Shown in pieces: positions 62,970 to 64,000 of a stretch of 64,000 nucleotides of DNA. Positions within the stretch are counted from its first letter, which is position 1; each line of letters begins with the position of its first letter. The DNA is from Octopus sinensis (taxonomy: Eukaryota). Made by a program: the position numbers and the translations under genes. Below the pieces are notes generated by a model that was given only the letters and a program-made list of their open reading frames with translations, did no database searches and had not been told where the DNA came from. The stretch spans positions 82,460,001 through 82,524,000 of the forward strand of contig NC_043003.1 of the NCBI RefSeq assembly GCF_006345805.1, read 5' to 3'.

Positions 62970-64000
62970 GTCAAATTTTGTCCAGCTTGTATTTTTCAAA
63001 TAAATATGTTTCTATTATAAATTAATTATTAATCACATCCTACAAAATATATTGTAAAGAATGAAAATGCTTTAAAGTATATACAGTAAAAATCCCATTC
63101 GGAAAAATAAAGTAGAAATGTAAATACCTATAATTTTTTATTTTCGTTCTCTAATTTTGGCCTCTACTATGTATATATAATGCATGTATGGTTGTATGTA
63201 TGTAGACACACTCATACATCAGTGTGGGCATACCTCTGTGGAGGGTGGCGAAAGACATGCATATCAGTAAGAAAAAGTGAACAATCAGTATCATTCTATT
63301 GTCACTCTTACTGACAGAAAGCAAGCGGGTTAGTGAATGATTGGTTGGAAACCTGTAACCAACCACACTATTGTTTACTAAATTCGATATGCAATAGATA
63401 TAAATAAATATGTAAATAAATCAATTTTAGCAGCTTTTAAGTTATGTGCAGTGTTCCGTGTGCGTGGTTTAATGGACCGTGCGTTTCACTTTTACTCAAC
63501 CGCTTGGACTGCATTAGTTATTTACTCGCTTGCTTACTTCGAATCATAGGTTTAGTAACATTGTCTAACTGTCTAACTGCTAGAGGCTGCCATATACATA
63601 GTCGTTATCATAGTGGTGGTAGAAGCTAGGAGAAATTGGAAAATACCAAGGTGTTTCTGATATATCGACGGAGAAGAATTAGATGATGATGAGGAGGATG
63701 AGAAGGAGGAGGGAAGGAAGGGGTGGAGGAGAAGAAAGAGGAGGGGATAAGAAGGAGTATATTGTTGTTGGAAAGGAGAAGGTAAGAAAGTTAAAGGAAT
63801 GTAATTAACTGCGCATCATCGTGTAGCGCTCCCAAATATATTGGTATATCTCGGTTTAGAGAAGAAATTCAGAAGAAATTAAAAACAAAGCAAAAAAAAA
63901 AAGAAAAGAAAACAGTCAAAAGTGAGCAAAGAAAATATATTTCTGAGTTTAGTTTTGGAAAAGCGCAAAAAAAAAAGTCTCTGTACAAAATAACCAAGTG

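Overview
AT-rich, microsatellite-dense animal DNA. An octopus origin is my inference from the SINE families and repeat style. The window is almost entirely nested transposable elements: RTE and CR1-type LINEs, a decayed Ty3/gypsy, Tc1/mariner relics and MITEs, several tRNA-derived SINE families, Penelope-like elements (PLEs), a 15-copy ~171-bp tandem array and two tRNA pseudogenes. No host gene is confidently identified; one candidate spliced, stop-interrupted ORF lies at 29.4-31.1 kb. The main signal the ORF track does not show is a dense set of minimal type I hammerhead-ribozyme (HHR) motifs. About a dozen copies (some degenerate) fall in at least five unrelated repeat families. They usually occur as inverted pairs (11.5-14.3 kb, 17.5-20.7 kb, 33.8-35.1 kb, 39.0-39.3 kb), at the 3' terminus of a GIY-YIG Penelope element (44.9 kb), and inside a tRNA-headed SINE (6.5 kb, 61.3 kb). 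All motif and fold assignments were made by eye; none were computed.
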